From Octopus sinensis (Eukaryota): DNA of 64,000 bases. Position 1 is the stretch's first letter; the number at the start of each line of letters is the position of its first letter. Under the pieces are notes generated by a model. It worked only from the letters and a program-made list of their open reading frames with translations, did not search any database and was not told the DNA's origin. Both the position numbers and the translations under genes were made by a program. Below, piece by piece: positions 1-13,952 of the stretch. The stretch is taken from contig NW_021833603.1 of NCBI RefSeq assembly GCF_006345805.1, positions 1 to 64,000 of the forward strand. Direction: 5' to 3'.

Positions 1-363
1 TCATTTGACTGCGGCCATGCTGGAGCACTGCCTTTAGTCGAGCAAACCGACCCCGGGACTTATTCTTTGTAAGCCTAGTACTTATTCTATCAGTCTCTGT
101 TGCCGAACCGCTAAGTGACGGGGACGTAACACACCAGCATCAGTTGTCAAGCCATGCTAGGGGGACAAACACAGACACACAAACTATACAACATACATAT
201 ATATATATATATCTATACGACAGGCTTCTTTCAGTTTCCGTCTACCAAATCCACTCACAAGGCTTTGGTCGGCCCGAGGCTATAGCAGAAGACACTTGCC
301 CAAGATGCCACGCAGTGGGACTGAACCCGGAACCATGTGGCTGGTAAGCAAGCTACTTACCAC
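1..363 (-). mobile_element. tRNA-derived SINE, family A (minus-strand copy)
   Basis: Reverse complement of the copy at 19766-20163. Further partial copies near 750-870, 8255-8600, 12440-12680, 13953-14055, 22930-23050, 25905-26045, 46860-47100, 50020-50200, 50640-50810, 53050-53395 and 53450-53615. Confidence 0.85.
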
Positions 364-979
364 TAACTTGTTTTCATCTTTTTAACTGTTTAACTCTATC
401 GTTCTTTTCCGACAAACTGAGTTATGTGGATGTAAACAAACGAATCCCTTACCTCACAGCGACGCTGTGCATGTATGCATGCATGTATGTATGCATGTAT
501 GTAGGCATGTATGCATATATATATATGTATGCAAGTATGTAAGTATGCATGTATATATGTATGTATGTAAACAGGTATGCATATATGCAAGTAGCATGTA
601 TATATGCGCGTATGTATGCATACATGCATGCATTATGTATTTATGTATGTACGTGCTTTAGTATGCATGCATGCACTAGGTTTTCTGGGGATTATGAGAG
701 ACATGCGATGAATGTGGGAAATACCTATACACGTATACATAATATTGCTTTATTCTTTTACTTGTTTCAGTTATTTGACTGCGGCCATGCTAGAGCACCG
801 CCTTTAGTCGAATAAATCGAAACCAGGACATAAACACGCCGACATTAGCTGTCAAGCGATAGTGGCGCGAACAAATATATATATATATATATATATATCG
901 TCGTGGCACTCCGTCGGTTATATATGTATATATTGCACGTTAATTTCACGAGCAGGCTGTTCCGTTGATATACATATGT

Positions 980-1343
980 GTGTGCGCAATGGCCCAGTGG
1001 TCGTAGAATCGCGGTTTCGATTCCCAGAACGGGCGTTGTGAGTATTTATTGAACGAAAACACCTAAATCTCCACGATGCTCCGGCAGGGGGGGGGGGGCG
1101 AACCCTACTTTACTCTTTCACCACAACTTTCTCTCACTCTTTCTTCTTGTTTCTGTTGTATCTGTATTTTAAAGGGTCAGTCTTGTCACACTCTGTGTCA
1201 CGCTGAATCTCCCCGAGAACTACGTTAAGGGGTGCACGTGTCTGTGGAGTGCTCAGTCACTTACACGTTAATTTCCCGAGCAGGCTGTTCTGTTGAATGG
1301 AACAACTGTAACCCTCGTCGTCGTAACCGACGGAGTGCCATGA
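980..1343 (+). mobile_element. tRNA-derived SINE, family C
   Basis: A-box-like TGGCCCAGTGG and B-box-like GTTTCGATTCC at the head. The tail CCCTCGTCGTCGTAACCGACGGAGTGCCA recurs inverted at 901-920 and near 46555-46620. Confidence 0.6.
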
Positions 1344-1534
1344 CGATATCTCTCTGAGGAGGGAGCTCGGCTGCGAGTCAGAAATTGAAGGATGTCTATG
1401 AATTGCCTTATGCCAGTGGTTCCCGGTCATTTTCTGCCCATGGATCTCCGTCGATTCCTATTTTCCTCTATTGGAATCTCATAATCATTCGGTGTTTAAA
1501 AAATCCTATTTCATAATTACATATTATCGATTTC

Positions 1535-1748
1535 AAATTTTAGCCCAATACCAACAAGTTCAAAGAAATGGGGTAGGTAAGTCGATCAGATCGACCCCAG
1601 TGCGTGACTGGTACTTATTTTATCGACGCCGAAATGATGAAAAGATAAGTCGACCTCGCCCGAATTTGAACTCAGAACGTAAAGACAGACGAAATAGCGC
1701 TAAGCATTTCGCCCGGCGTGCTAACCGTTCTGTTATCCTCGCCGCCTT
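1535..1748 (-). mobile_element. SINE, family B (Meta-domain-like core)
   Basis: Reverse complement of the family seen at 57890 and 61142, with a diverged GTCGACTTTGCCTTTCATCC core. Confidence 0.7.
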
Positions 1749-2160
1749 TTTTGTTATATAACTAAATATTATTAGGAGTTGTAAACAGAAAATTGTTAAG
1801 ATATTTTGTGTATTGTAGAAGCATAAGCAACAAAATCTTATGTGGTTTCCCAAGGGCCATATGCACCCTGGTTGAAAACCACAGCTTTATACTAATGAAT
1901 ATGGTGCTTCTGTTTTTGTGCACAGTCAAGGGTGTAGCCGTGGTCTGGAGTAACGTTACATGTAATGCCTTCGGATGGCTACGTAATGCAGTGTGGCCCT
2001 GTATTCGAATCAACGATCATGATTCTGAAACCAGCAACATCCGACCTAGGCCAAGAGGCTTCGCATAGTGTAACAACTTTGATGGAAAGATGTGGATGCA
2101 AAAGTTTCATAAGATGAAGATTAAAACTGTAATAACGATGAAATATTCGTTTTCCTACAT

Positions 2161-2493
2161 AAATAGTAATGGCTGCGTCCACATTTGTGCGTGTGTGTGC
2201 ATGTATGGTTGTGGGTGTATGTGAGTATGTCCACGGGAGTCTGTGTGTGTGTGTGTGTGTGTGTGCATGTGTGGTTGTGGGTGTATGTGAGTATGTCCAC
2301 GGGAGTCTGTGTGTGTGTGTGTGCATGTGTTGTTGTGGGTGTATGTGAGTATGTCCACGGGAGTCTGTGTGTGTGTGTGTGTGTGTGTGGTTGTGGGTGT
2401 ATGTGAGTATGTCCACGGGAGTCTGTGTGTGTGTTTGTGTGTGTGTATGTAAGTCCATGGAAGTCTGTGTGTATGAGAAGGAGAGAGAGCGAG

Positions 2494-2563
<70 letters not shown>

Positions 2564-3170
2564 CATGTGTGTGTTTAACTTTTAGCCGGGAGGGAAAACC
2601 GAAAAATTCTATTTCGTACCACAATGACACAAGGAGGTTTGTCTATGATAAAAGGCATCGGAATTTGAACCAGCAATGCATTGAATTGGAACAAATAGGG
2701 AAATACAGAATTATTCCTAATTTGTCAAAAAGGTATTGAGGTTGCTACCTCAATAACAACATTCATAACGCCCCAAACACTACCCTCTCCTCAACTCGGC
2801 GCGTGTTTCCCCCACGGTTTTCCTCTGATTCATCTCTAAAGTATCAATTATATGTTCTATGACGTTTGTAGATGGCCAACTAATCAGATGCTCTTTTCTA
2901 ACGACAGTGAAATCGTTGGACCAGACAAAAGCTCTACATTTACCTGCTGTTAGGGGAAATAGTTCTCTCTGTCTGGTTTATTGTGTTCGGTCAGGTGAAA
3001 CGATATCGAGGACGCCCCAACGCTACGTTAATACACACGTGCGCGCGCAAGCAAATACACACATACACACACACACACATACACATGCACGCACACATAC
3101 ACGCACAAACACACAAGCATGCATTTATTGTATAGGTGTGAGAGAGAAATAGAGAGGGACAGAGACAGAC
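2161..3170. repeat. Local direct duplication, copy 1 (copy 2 at 7219-7915)
   Basis: Non-microsatellite blocks 2570-3020 and 7330-7800 align with few substitutions and one ~15 bp indel. Confidence 0.9.
2200..2470. repeat. Minisatellite of ~60 bp units with embedded variable (TG)n, 4-5 copies
   Basis: GGTTGTGGGTGTATGTGAGTATGTCCACGGGAGTCT recurs at ~2207, 2273, 2332 and 2389, separated by TG runs. Confidence 0.9.
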
Positions 3171-3400
3171 GGAGATAGACAGGCAGACAGAAAGCTAACT
3201 AGCTAGCTAGCTAGCTAGATAGATAGATAGGGAGAGAGAGAGAGAGAGAGAGGGAGTGAGAGACAGACAGACAGGCAGACAAATAGATACAGAGACAGAC
3301 AGACAGACAGAAAGATAGAGAGATAAATAGAGAGACATGGAGAGAGAAAGAGAGAGAGAACGAGAGTGAGAAATGAGAAATAAATAAACAAAAGACAGAC

Positions 3401-3443
<43 letters not shown>

Positions 3444-3445
<2 letters not shown>

Positions 3446-3517
3446 TGTTTCTTTATTAGCCACACAGGGCTGCACACAGATAGAACAAATTACAAGGTAG
3501 AGCTTTTCTTTTGAAGG

Positions 3518-3552
<35 letters not shown>

Positions 3553-3617
3553 AAGGGGGAGGTTCGATCAAAAGGGATCGTAAAAGGAGAGAAAGAGGAC
3601 AAAAATAAGGGGGGTTA

Positions 3618-3648
<31 letters not shown>

Positions 3649-4168
3649 AGAGGAAAAAAATGATCAATAGGGATCGTTATCACAGAAATGTCAATATGAA
3701 GTGGTAAAGGGGAGGACAGGTGAGGTTTACCCGTGGAAGAAAAGCTGCGGAAAAGACCACGGTAACCTCGGTCAATGAAGTCACATTTTATATTATTTTT
3801 TTTTTTTTTTTTTTTTTGCAAATAAGCAACTCTCTGTTTTCGATTTCTGGGTTCATAGGACTATGCTCAAGGTGGCTTCGTCATTCATACGTGCCATTCT
3901 TGCTACATTCACCCATCTTTTTTTAAAACATTCGCTAGACAAAATTGCCTCTCTACTCTCACTTTCCCTTTCAAGTGGTACTTGAAGAAGTTGATGAGAG
4001 ATTGACCAGAGAGGAAAGTGTTTGTCTCCAATCCTTTCAGACGCGTCCACCAGATACATTCTTTCGCCATAGCCACAAGGATGATGAAAATAGCTCTTCC
4101 TTCCCGTTTGAAGGAAGGAGGCGTGACAATATTGACGATAGACTCAGCTGATAAACCGACTCGTCCCA
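3444..4168 (-). mobile_element. L1/Tx1-like LINE 3' end (frameshifted ORF2 C-terminus plus 3' UTR)
   Basis: Peptide LVAMAKECIWWTRL...RWVNVARMARM resembles Tx1/L1 ORF2 ends. The UTR has AATAAA. The same UTR is on + at ~51215-51732. Flanked by (GATA)n on both sides. Confidence 0.65.
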
Positions 4169-4402
4169 ATAGATAGATGGATAGATAGATAGACAGACAG
4201 TGGCGCTGGCAGAGACGCAGGCTGGGCTATGTGTTTAGAAAGTTCACTTTGCACTCAAATGGATTTAGTTTAAGTTCCGCTGAACAACAAGTCGGGCAAG
4301 TGCTTCTGCTACTGCCCTGGGTCGAACAATGCCCTGTGAGTGAACGGGAACTGTGTGGAAGCCATTGTATACATACGTGTGTGTGTATTTGTGTGTGCGT
4401 GT

Positions 4403-4459
<57 letters not shown>

Positions 4460-4999
4460 TATTGATACTGTAGTAAAGTCAAAATGATCTGCGTGCATTA
4501 ACCACTTTCACATGGTCAGTGGTTAATATTTTCGGCTTCCAATTCTTCGCTTGCCTTTTCGGTTTCTAGATCGAGTACTAACTTTTATCCTTGAACAAAG
4601 CATCCCACTTCACATTGCCACAGTTAGTTCGAGAAATGCTCTTCCGTGGTTTATATATAAATGTGTGTGTGTGTGTGTGTGTGTGCGTGCATTCAGGGTT
4701 GTTGTTGTTGTTGTTGTTGGTGTTGTTGTTGTTGTTGTTGTTCTTCTTCTTTCTCTTCTTCTTCTTCTTCTTCTCTTTCTTCTTCTTCTTCTTCTTCTTC
4801 TTTTCTGCCAAGAATTCACAACGACCTCGAACCCACAAGAGTAAACAAGAGAGACAGAAACAGACAGAAACAAGGAAACGCTACTTGTATTTGAATACTA
4901 TGCAAATATTCTTTTAAAAAAACTTTTATTTTAATTTTTCCAAACTTTAATTGTTTTCCAAATCACAGTTGAAAAAAGTTCAATGACTGAAATCGATAA

Positions 5000-5947
<948 letters not shown>

Positions 5948-7218
5948 AGAACATGTCTCTATTTCAGCATAGAAGTTACTAAGATTGTCAAGAAGACTTT
6001 TTATCTTCATGGGTCAGTTTTAATTTATAGACTAGTTTATCAAATCCCTTGTATATCTAAGGCTGAGAGAACAGAGGACAGTATCTGTTAGGGGTAGGTT
6101 TCAGTGAGTAGACAGACATTCTAGTTGGTATAGTCATAAAATATCAAGATTTATTATAAACAATATCATTAGGTTTAGTAAGGGAAAACTTAAAACAAGA
6201 TGTTAGCTGATAATTAAGGGGGTCGCCCACTAGCAGACTATTGATAATAGAACAGGAAAAGTTTTATGATGTGGTACTATAGTTAAATATTTTAAAACAA
6301 TGTTGCTATGTATACAGTTAAAGTTTAGGTTTATTGAAAGGCTCATTAAGATTATAACAAAGGATAGAAATTTATGAATACTTTTGAGTATATACCAAAC
6401 TTTTACCGCAATAGAGGGAGGAAAAGAAATTATAGTTTAATATTTATACATATTGTATATTTAAATACTAACTCATCAGAGGGTATCTGTGAATATTGTT
6501 TAATTGGTATATACTGGTATTAATAAAGAAGTTTTGGGGTAATTATATATTAATAAAATTTTAATCTAAGCAGTATTTTTTTATAAGTAGTGAGTATATT
6601 AGTTTAGTTTTATATAAAGCTAAGTATGAATTTATAGAGAAACAAAAATTAGATTAATCTTATAAATAAATAAAGGCTAATTATAAAAGAATAAAAAAAT
6701 TTTTTAAATAATCAAGTAGGGCAGAGCTCCATAGAAAAGGAAATAAAATAGCTTAATTACTAATACTATGGTAAAGTATATGTAGCTTGTTAACACCAAT
6801 AGAGAAGATTTTTAGAAAAAGTATGATATATTAGACTAAAAATTATATATTTACTTATTTAGCTAATATCTATAAAAGACTGATGTTTGGTATCGGCTAA
6901 AGGAATATTTAAGATATGGAACAATCATATTTTACACTAATCTTTTTTTTTAAATTAAGGGCTATATTATAGGTTTAAGAAGTTATTATTGTTACTCCCT
7001 ACACAAGTACTTGTTTAGAAGGGTTATTTATATAAAGGTCTCAGGAGGGTAGAGCCATTTAAGAAAGAGATAAATCAAGTAATTTCTAAAGATCATTTCA
7101 AACAATATTGTCTTATTGTATAAAGTTAAAATTTCGGATAATCAAGAAGATTATCAAGAATGGAATTTTAACAAAAGGATAAAACTTCTATGAATATTTT
7201 GAGCATTATTTTCTGAAT

Positions 7219-7915
7219 AAATAGTAATGACTACGCCCACATTTGTGCGGGTGTATGTGGGGTGTATGTGAGTACGTGCATGGGAGTCTGTGTGTGTATG
7301 CGTGTGTGCGTGTGTGTATGTGTGTGTGTGTGTTTAATTTTTAGCCGAGAGGGAAAACCGAAAAATTCTATTTCGTACCACAATGACACAAGGAGGTCTG
7401 TCTATAATAAAAGGCATCGGAATTTGAACCAGCAATGCATTGAATTGGAACAGATAGTGAAATACAGAATTATTCCTAATTTGTCAAAAAGGTATTGAGG
7501 TTGCTAACTCAATAACAACATTCATAACGCCCCAAACGTTCCATGTTCATACACTACCCTCACCTCAACTCGGCGCGTGTTTCCCCCTAATGTTTTCCTC
7601 TGATTCATCTCTAAAGTATCAATTATATGTTCTATGACGTTTGTAGATGGCCAACTAATCAGGTGCTCTTTTCTACCGACAATCAAATCGCTGTACCAGA
7701 CAAAAGCTCTACATTTACCTGCAGTTAGGGGAAGTAGTTCTCTCTGTCTGGTTTATTGTGTTCGGTCAGGCGAAACGATATCGAGGACGTCTCCAACGCT
7801 TCGGTAAAACATACACAAATACACACACATACACATGCACACACACATATACACACACACAACAAGCATGCATTTATTGTATAGGTGTGAGAGAGAGATA
7901 GAGAGGGACGGCGAC
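7219..7915. repeat. Local direct duplication, copy 2
   Basis: Matches 2161-3170 but has only one unit of the 60 bp minisatellite. Confidence 0.9.
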
Positions 7916-7945
7916 ACAGTCACAGACAGAGAGACAGAGAGCTAG

Positions 7946-7985
<40 letters not shown>

Positions 7986-8178
7986 TGGGGGAGAGTGAGA
8001 GAGTGAGAGAGAGACAGACAAACAGAGGTAAACAGAGACAGACAGACATACAGAAAGAAAGAAAGAATGAAAGAAAGAAGGAAAAAAAGAAAGAAGGGAG
8101 GAAAGAAAGAAAAAAGAATGAATGAATGAAAAAGGAAGATGTATACTTACATGTATATAGATAGATAGATAGCCAGAC

Positions 8179-8238
<60 letters not shown>

Positions 8239-8601
8239 GATAGGTAGGTAGGTAGATTGTCTGTGTGTTAAGTAGTTTGCTTCACAACCAAACGGGTCCT
8301 GGTTCAGTCCCTTTTGCTTCAGCCTCGATCTAACCAAAACCTTGTGAGATGCTTTGGTTGAGGGAAACTGAAAGAAATCCGTCATCTGTATACACATATA
8401 CATGTTTGCCCTTGTTTGTTTGTGTGTGTGTGTGTGTGTTTTCCACTACCACTTGACAACCGGCGTTATGTGTTTACGTCCACGTAACTTAGTGGTTCGG
8501 CCTAAGAACCGATAAAATAAGTACCAGGCTTTGTTTGACTAAAACCCTTCGAGGTGGTGTTCTAGCAAGTCCGCAGTCAATTGACTGAAACACGTAAAAG
8601 A

Positions 8602-8665
<64 letters not shown>

Positions 8666-8877
8666 ATAATCATATGGGTGGCAAAAAATTTTGTAGAATT
8701 TTTTGCCACCAGCGGCCTAGTGGGAAAAATTAAATAGTCATAGACCTTTTTAAGTTCAACATCACAATCAAGGAACGGCATAATAGGCCATTCACCCACT
8801 AGAAATAACAGCCAAGCTTCAACGCAATAAACATCAATTCCGTAACCAGGAGAAATTAAAAAACATTTACCCTGTAA

Positions 8878-8984
8878 TTTCTTATACGATGCACCGTTTC
8901 ATCTACTGTTTAATGGTAAACTAACCTGATAAATTAAATCAGCAAGCCAATTCTTCCATAGCCCTTAGATTCATCAGTAAGAAA
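8878..8984 (-). ncRNA. Type I hammerhead ribozyme (mirror of 9480-9584)
   Basis: Minus strand reads UUUCUUA-CUGAUGA-AUCUA...UAGAU-GAAA-CG-GUGCAU-CG-UA-UAAGAAA. Confidence 0.75.
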
Positions 8985-9479
8985 TAGCCAAGTCGGAACA
9001 GATATTTTCACGAGGCATTTCCGACCCTGCCTCGGCAATATCTGACCTAAAATTTTCAAATCATCGCCTCTGCGCCAAATTTATCGGCAGCAAATAAATA
9101 TAAATTTAACAGGGTAAATGTTTTTTAATTTTCTCCTGGTTTTACGGATTGTGTTTTATTTGCGGTTGAAGCTTGGCTGTTATTTCTGTGGGTGAATGCC
9201 TATTATGGCCGTTCCTTGTTGGATGTTGAACTAAAAATGGTCTATGACTATTTAATTTTTTCCCACTAGGCCGCTGGTGGCAAAAAATTCTACAAAATTT
9301 TTTGCCACCTATATTGATTAATTATGAATTTTCTGGTTAATTCCGTAATGGAATCGGCGGCTTAATATTTATTTGCTGCCGATAAATTTGGCGCGAGTGC
9401 GATGATTTGAAAATTTTAGGTCAGATTGCCGGCGCAGGGTCGGAAATGCCTCGTGAAAATATCAGTTCCGACTTGGCTA

Positions 9480-9584
9480 TTTCTTACTGATGAATCTAAG
9501 GGCCTATGGAATATTGGCTTGATTTAATTTAATCAGGTTAGTTTACCATTAAACAGTAGATGAAACGGTGCATCGTATAAGAAA
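9480..9584 (+). ncRNA. Type I hammerhead ribozyme with a long stem II loop
   Basis: Stem I TTTCTTA/TAAGAAA, core CTGATGA at 9487-9493, stem II ATCTA/TAGAT, GAAA at 9562-9565, stem III CG/CG with loop GTGCAT, GUA triplet ending at 9577. Confidence 0.8.
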
Positions 9585-9721
9585 CTACAGGGTAAATGTT
9601 TTTTAATTTTCTCCTGGTTTACGGATTGATGTTTATTTGCGGTTGAAGCTTTGGCTGTTATTATCTAGTGGTGAATGGCTATTATGGCCGTTCCTTGATT
9701 GTGATATATATATATATATAT

Positions 9722-9754
<33 letters not shown>

Positions 9755-9950
9755 AGTAATTGAATGAATTATCTTATTAGGATCTTCGAAAGAAATACCG
9801 ATCCTGGGTAGCAAATTCACATCAAAAGGACACGGTTGAAGCTACGTTCCCTAGGGCGACTACGTGTCTTCGTGCGGAAATTTGTATGTTATTTTAAAAT
9901 TATAAGTTATGAAAGAATGGATTTGAACGACTAGTTAACAAATATCCTTA

Positions 9951-10033
9951 TTCTCGACATATGTTTCGAAGGCTGCATATTCCTAATTCCGAAGGAATAA
10001 GGAGTACATTATGCAGATTTCTCATCAGGAAGA
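9951..10033 (-). ncRNA. Type I hammerhead ribozyme
   Basis: Minus strand reads UCUUC-CUGAUGA-GAAAUCUGCAUA...UAUGCAGCCUUC-GAAA-CAUAUG-UC-GAGAA. Palindromic stem III, GUC triplet, imperfect stem I. Confidence 0.7.
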
Positions 10034-10366
10034 TCAGGAACTTATGTCGACATCAAATGCACAAAAACTTTTAGCTGACCGCTCTCAAGGAGCCCATGGC
10101 GATAATGAGTGTCTCTTTATAATGAGTGACGTCAGAGTGGCTGAATGTAGAAGAATCTAGAAGTTTCCTAAAGGTTCAAGAGTTCAACGAAGTAGGAAGA
10201 GGGAGGCATAAGAATAGTAAGGTGAGAGAGTGCAGGTCAAAAGAATGGTGGGTTTAAATGATTTCTTTTGTGAATGAGTGCCTGTGTGTGTGTCTCTATA
10301 TAACTGTCTTAATGTGTGTATGTGTGTGTCTGAATGCGTGATTGTGTTTGTGGATGGGTAGATGTC

Positions 10367-11165
10367 AGAAAACTGACAGCTGTGAGTTGAAAGGTCTGTA
10401 TCTGTGTGTTCGATTATGTTTACTGTAGGGAAAGGAAAGTAGATAGCGAAAGGGAGAAAGAATTGGGCGAGGTGAGAGGCAACGCAAGAATGGATAGTAG
10501 TAATTGGGAACATAAGAAAATCTTTTATGACTATTGGGGTGAAATATAGCAAAATTTTTTTTGGAAATCGAGGGGTTATCTATATTAGTCACTATTTATA
10601 TGAATGAAAGGTGTGTTTTTTCCAGTGTAAGCACCTGTAGGATCTTTCGACGATTGTGTTTATTAAAGGGCCTTTGGCGAACAAAATATGAAAAAGTTCG
10701 GAATTACAGATGCCACAAAATTTTCTGCCTTTATCATATTTTATTCGCCAAAGGCCCTTTAATAAACACAATCGTCGAAAGATCCTACAGGTGCTTACAC
10801 TGGAAAAGACACACCTTTCATTCAAAATTTTCTGCCTTTTTCATATTTTATTCGCCAAAGGCCCTTTAATAAATACAATCGTCGAAAGATCCTACAGGTG
10901 CTTACACTGGAAAAGACACACCTTTCATTCATATAAATAGTGACTAATATAGATAACCCCTCGATTTCCAAAAAAAATTTTTGATATATTTCACCCCAAT
11001 AGTCAAAAAGATTTTCTTATATTCCCAATTACTACTATCCATTCTTGCGTTGCCTCTCACCTCGCCCTATTCTTTCTCCCTTTCGCTATCTACTTTCCTT
11101 TCCCTACAGTAAACATAATCGAACACACAGATACAGACCTTTCAACTCACAGCTGTCAGTTTTCT
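10367..11165. repeat. Long inverted repeat (~330 bp arms) with an internal 107 bp tandem duplication
   Basis: 10367-10695 is the reverse complement of 10838-11165. 10717-10823 is repeated directly at 10824-10930. Confidence 0.9.
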
Positions 11166-12997
11166 TACATGTTCGGTATACTCTGCAGACACGAATGATA
11201 TTTTTTGAATATCGAATAACAAGACTCTGTGTAGTGGTATTTGTACCCAATAATCCTGTCGTGTGTGTAGACAACGCAATCCACCTATGTGAAGATATTC
11301 ACTCTTGGTAATTCAGCCATGCCCTTTATATAAATGTGCTTTCTTTAGTATTTCCGAAGTGCAGATTCCAATTTAGGTGAACAAAACATAAATAAGTAAC
11401 AAAGATGTACAGGTATCAATTCATTACGTCCACTTCAAGTGACTCCATTTAATTGATTAATGGAAACATTTACATCAATTTGAAAGAAATCATTCTCGTC
11501 GGATGAACGCATAGACTTCAAACATAAAGTATAAACATTTTTTTTAATAAATGCACATCAATAATGGAAAAAAAATATTAACATTGTTTCCTTTTGTTAT
11601 ATCTCTGGCAGATTGAATTTATAAAAAAAATAATGCATACCTTGTTAAGCCTACTATAATTTAGAGTGTAGCAGAAGGAATAGTGGAACGTCAAGATAAC
11701 AGGAGTGGTGATGTAGTTACTTAGCTTTAGAAAACCTTATGTAGTATGTAGTCTTCAGCCATTTAGAATTAAATCCATAGAGAGTTGCCTAGTAAATGGG
11801 GATATATCAATTAATGTCAATCAACTATACTGGAACCATATATATAGCTTTATCTACATAAGAGGGTACGTTGTTAGGCTGGTAGTAAGAAAATGTCTGA
11901 TGGGAAGGGGTGATAACTGGAAGAAAGAAGGATAGGCTTGGCCAATACTTAGATTATCAAATAAAGAAGAAGATAATGAAAAACCAAAAGAGATAAGTCA
12001 TAAACTTTAGTGGTGAAAATTAGAATTGAAGGATATGGAAGGCAGTAATTTATAACTTAGCAAATTTATAATATTAAATTGAGAAAATTTAAATCAATAT
12101 ATAGAATAAGGATAGAAATTAAACTTAGAACCTAATAATGGGATACTTTAGTATATAAGAAAAAAAAAGAATATTCTAAGTATATTGTTTAGAAAGTCAT
12201 GATAAAGACATTCTAAATAAATATATAAAAGGAATTAGATTATCATACGGGTAGACGTACACAGTATATATTAGAGCAATAAAAAGAACTATTCTCTTCA
12301 TTACGGGTGGATAAGCATAAGATATTGTAAAATACGGTATCGAATATAAAGGGTAATTGAATTAGAGGTATTGTTTCCGAATTACTCCCTTATACATTTA
12401 GTATACCTGTAATTCTGAAACATTAAGTAACGTAGGCGCAGACAAACCAACACTGGTTGTCAATCAATGGTGATGGAGAAAAACAAAGACACACACACAT
12501 ACACACAGATATATTTATGTATGTAACTAGCTTCCACTCAGTTTCCATCTACCAATTCACTAACAAGGCATTGACCTACCCGGTGTTACAGTAAAACACA
12601 CTTGCCCAAATGTGCCGCGAAGTGGGACAGGACCCGAAATCACGTGGACGCAAACCGAGCCTCTTAACTGCACGGGCTTCCTGTGCTTATGCGTGTATAT
12701 TGCGTATTTATTTGTGCAGTGTTCTTGATACAGAATTTGATTATTCATTACATTTAAATGTGATATTATGTTAATTACGTAATTAAATAGTAATGATGTT
12801 TTACTCTACGGAAACAGCTGTAGAAAACAATTAATTATGCAACACATAAAAATTTCAAGCTATTCTGCCGTTTACTATTCTATTTATATTCCTCTCAACT
12901 ACCAGAGTAGCCCATAGTGTATGTACACGCAAATTTATTCCATGAATATTTATTACATTGTAATTGTATTTATTGCACTGTATTAGAGTTTAACTTA

Positions 12998-13035
<38 letters not shown>

Positions 13036-13225
13036 TGGTGGTGTAGACAACAAACAGATGTATTAGTTTAACGCTCGGGAAGTGAAAAAGTCTTTAACAT
13101 TTCGAGCCCACAGAAAGGAACACAGAAAGAAAGAAGGAGAGAAAATAAAGAATGTGTGGCTAGCGATCTATCATGGCGAATATATTTACATTAGACGGAT
13201 ATTTGTTCTCATCTTGTTTTTTGTT

Positions 13226-13271
13226 AACACAACGTTTCGGCAGATATACCCTCCAGCCTTCATCAGGTGTC
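13226..13271 (-). ncRNA. Minimal type I hammerhead ribozyme
   Basis: Minus strand reads GACAC-CUGAUGA-A-GGCUG..CUGCC-GAAA-CG-UU-GUGUU, with the palindrome AACGUU in place of stem III. Confidence 0.7.
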
Positions 13272-13465
13272 TTGGGAGAAATTTCGAACCTGGGTTCTCA
13301 TTCCTAAGGTATTTTTCGATGTTGTTGTTATCATTATTATTGCCTGTGGGCAATTATGGAGTGAATTTTAGGGCTTATAAATCCTGAATAATAATATTCA
13401 GTGACCTGAATAATAACAACAACAACAACAACAACAACAACAATAATAATAATAATAATAATAAT

Positions 13466-13952
13466 AAATGCCCTGATGCAGTACCAGGCAGTGGCTCTCG
13501 TGGCTTCTGATCTTAACTGATTGGAAGTGTTATCATGTACATTGTTTTGTCTTGGTATAAAAAATGGGCTACAGCAAATATTCTGCTCAATACCACAGAT
13601 TTGCTTGTCAGTTGTTTGACCTTAACCAGTTGAGCATGTCCCTTAGTGGCTGGCGATATGTGCATCTCTGATCACGAGCAGAATTAGTGGGGGAGCATCA
13701 TAGCCATGTGTTGAGAGGGATTCTTTGGGGGTTTGACTAATTCACCTCTGGAAACATGGGTGGTTCTTTCAACATCCTTAAACAACCCTTATTCAGGGAC
13801 CTTTTGAGCGGGATGGGCTACTCAACCTGAAGAAAATTCTAATTGGGTCCCACCTGCAAGGTCATGTGCTGTTTATCTTGATATGATATCACCATATCGC
13901 GCACACATGGTCGTGATGCATGTGCCTAGTGTACCCTTATCAGACAGGTAGT
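13466..13952. mobile_element. Interspersed repeat inserted in (TAA)n, probably Dong/R4-associated
   Basis: Near-identical copy at ~49000-49510. Both copies abut TAA microsatellites. Confidence 0.65.

Larger units (their letters stand above)
8666..9705. repeat. Complex fold-back element (A-B-A'-B'-partial A') between (TA)n tracts
   Basis: 8666-8875 is inverted at 9109-9320 and partly again at 9587-9705. 8876-9100 is inverted at 9363-9587. Internal perfect hairpin GGTGGCAAAAAATT/AATTTTTTGCCACC at 8677-8710. Confidence 0.9.
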
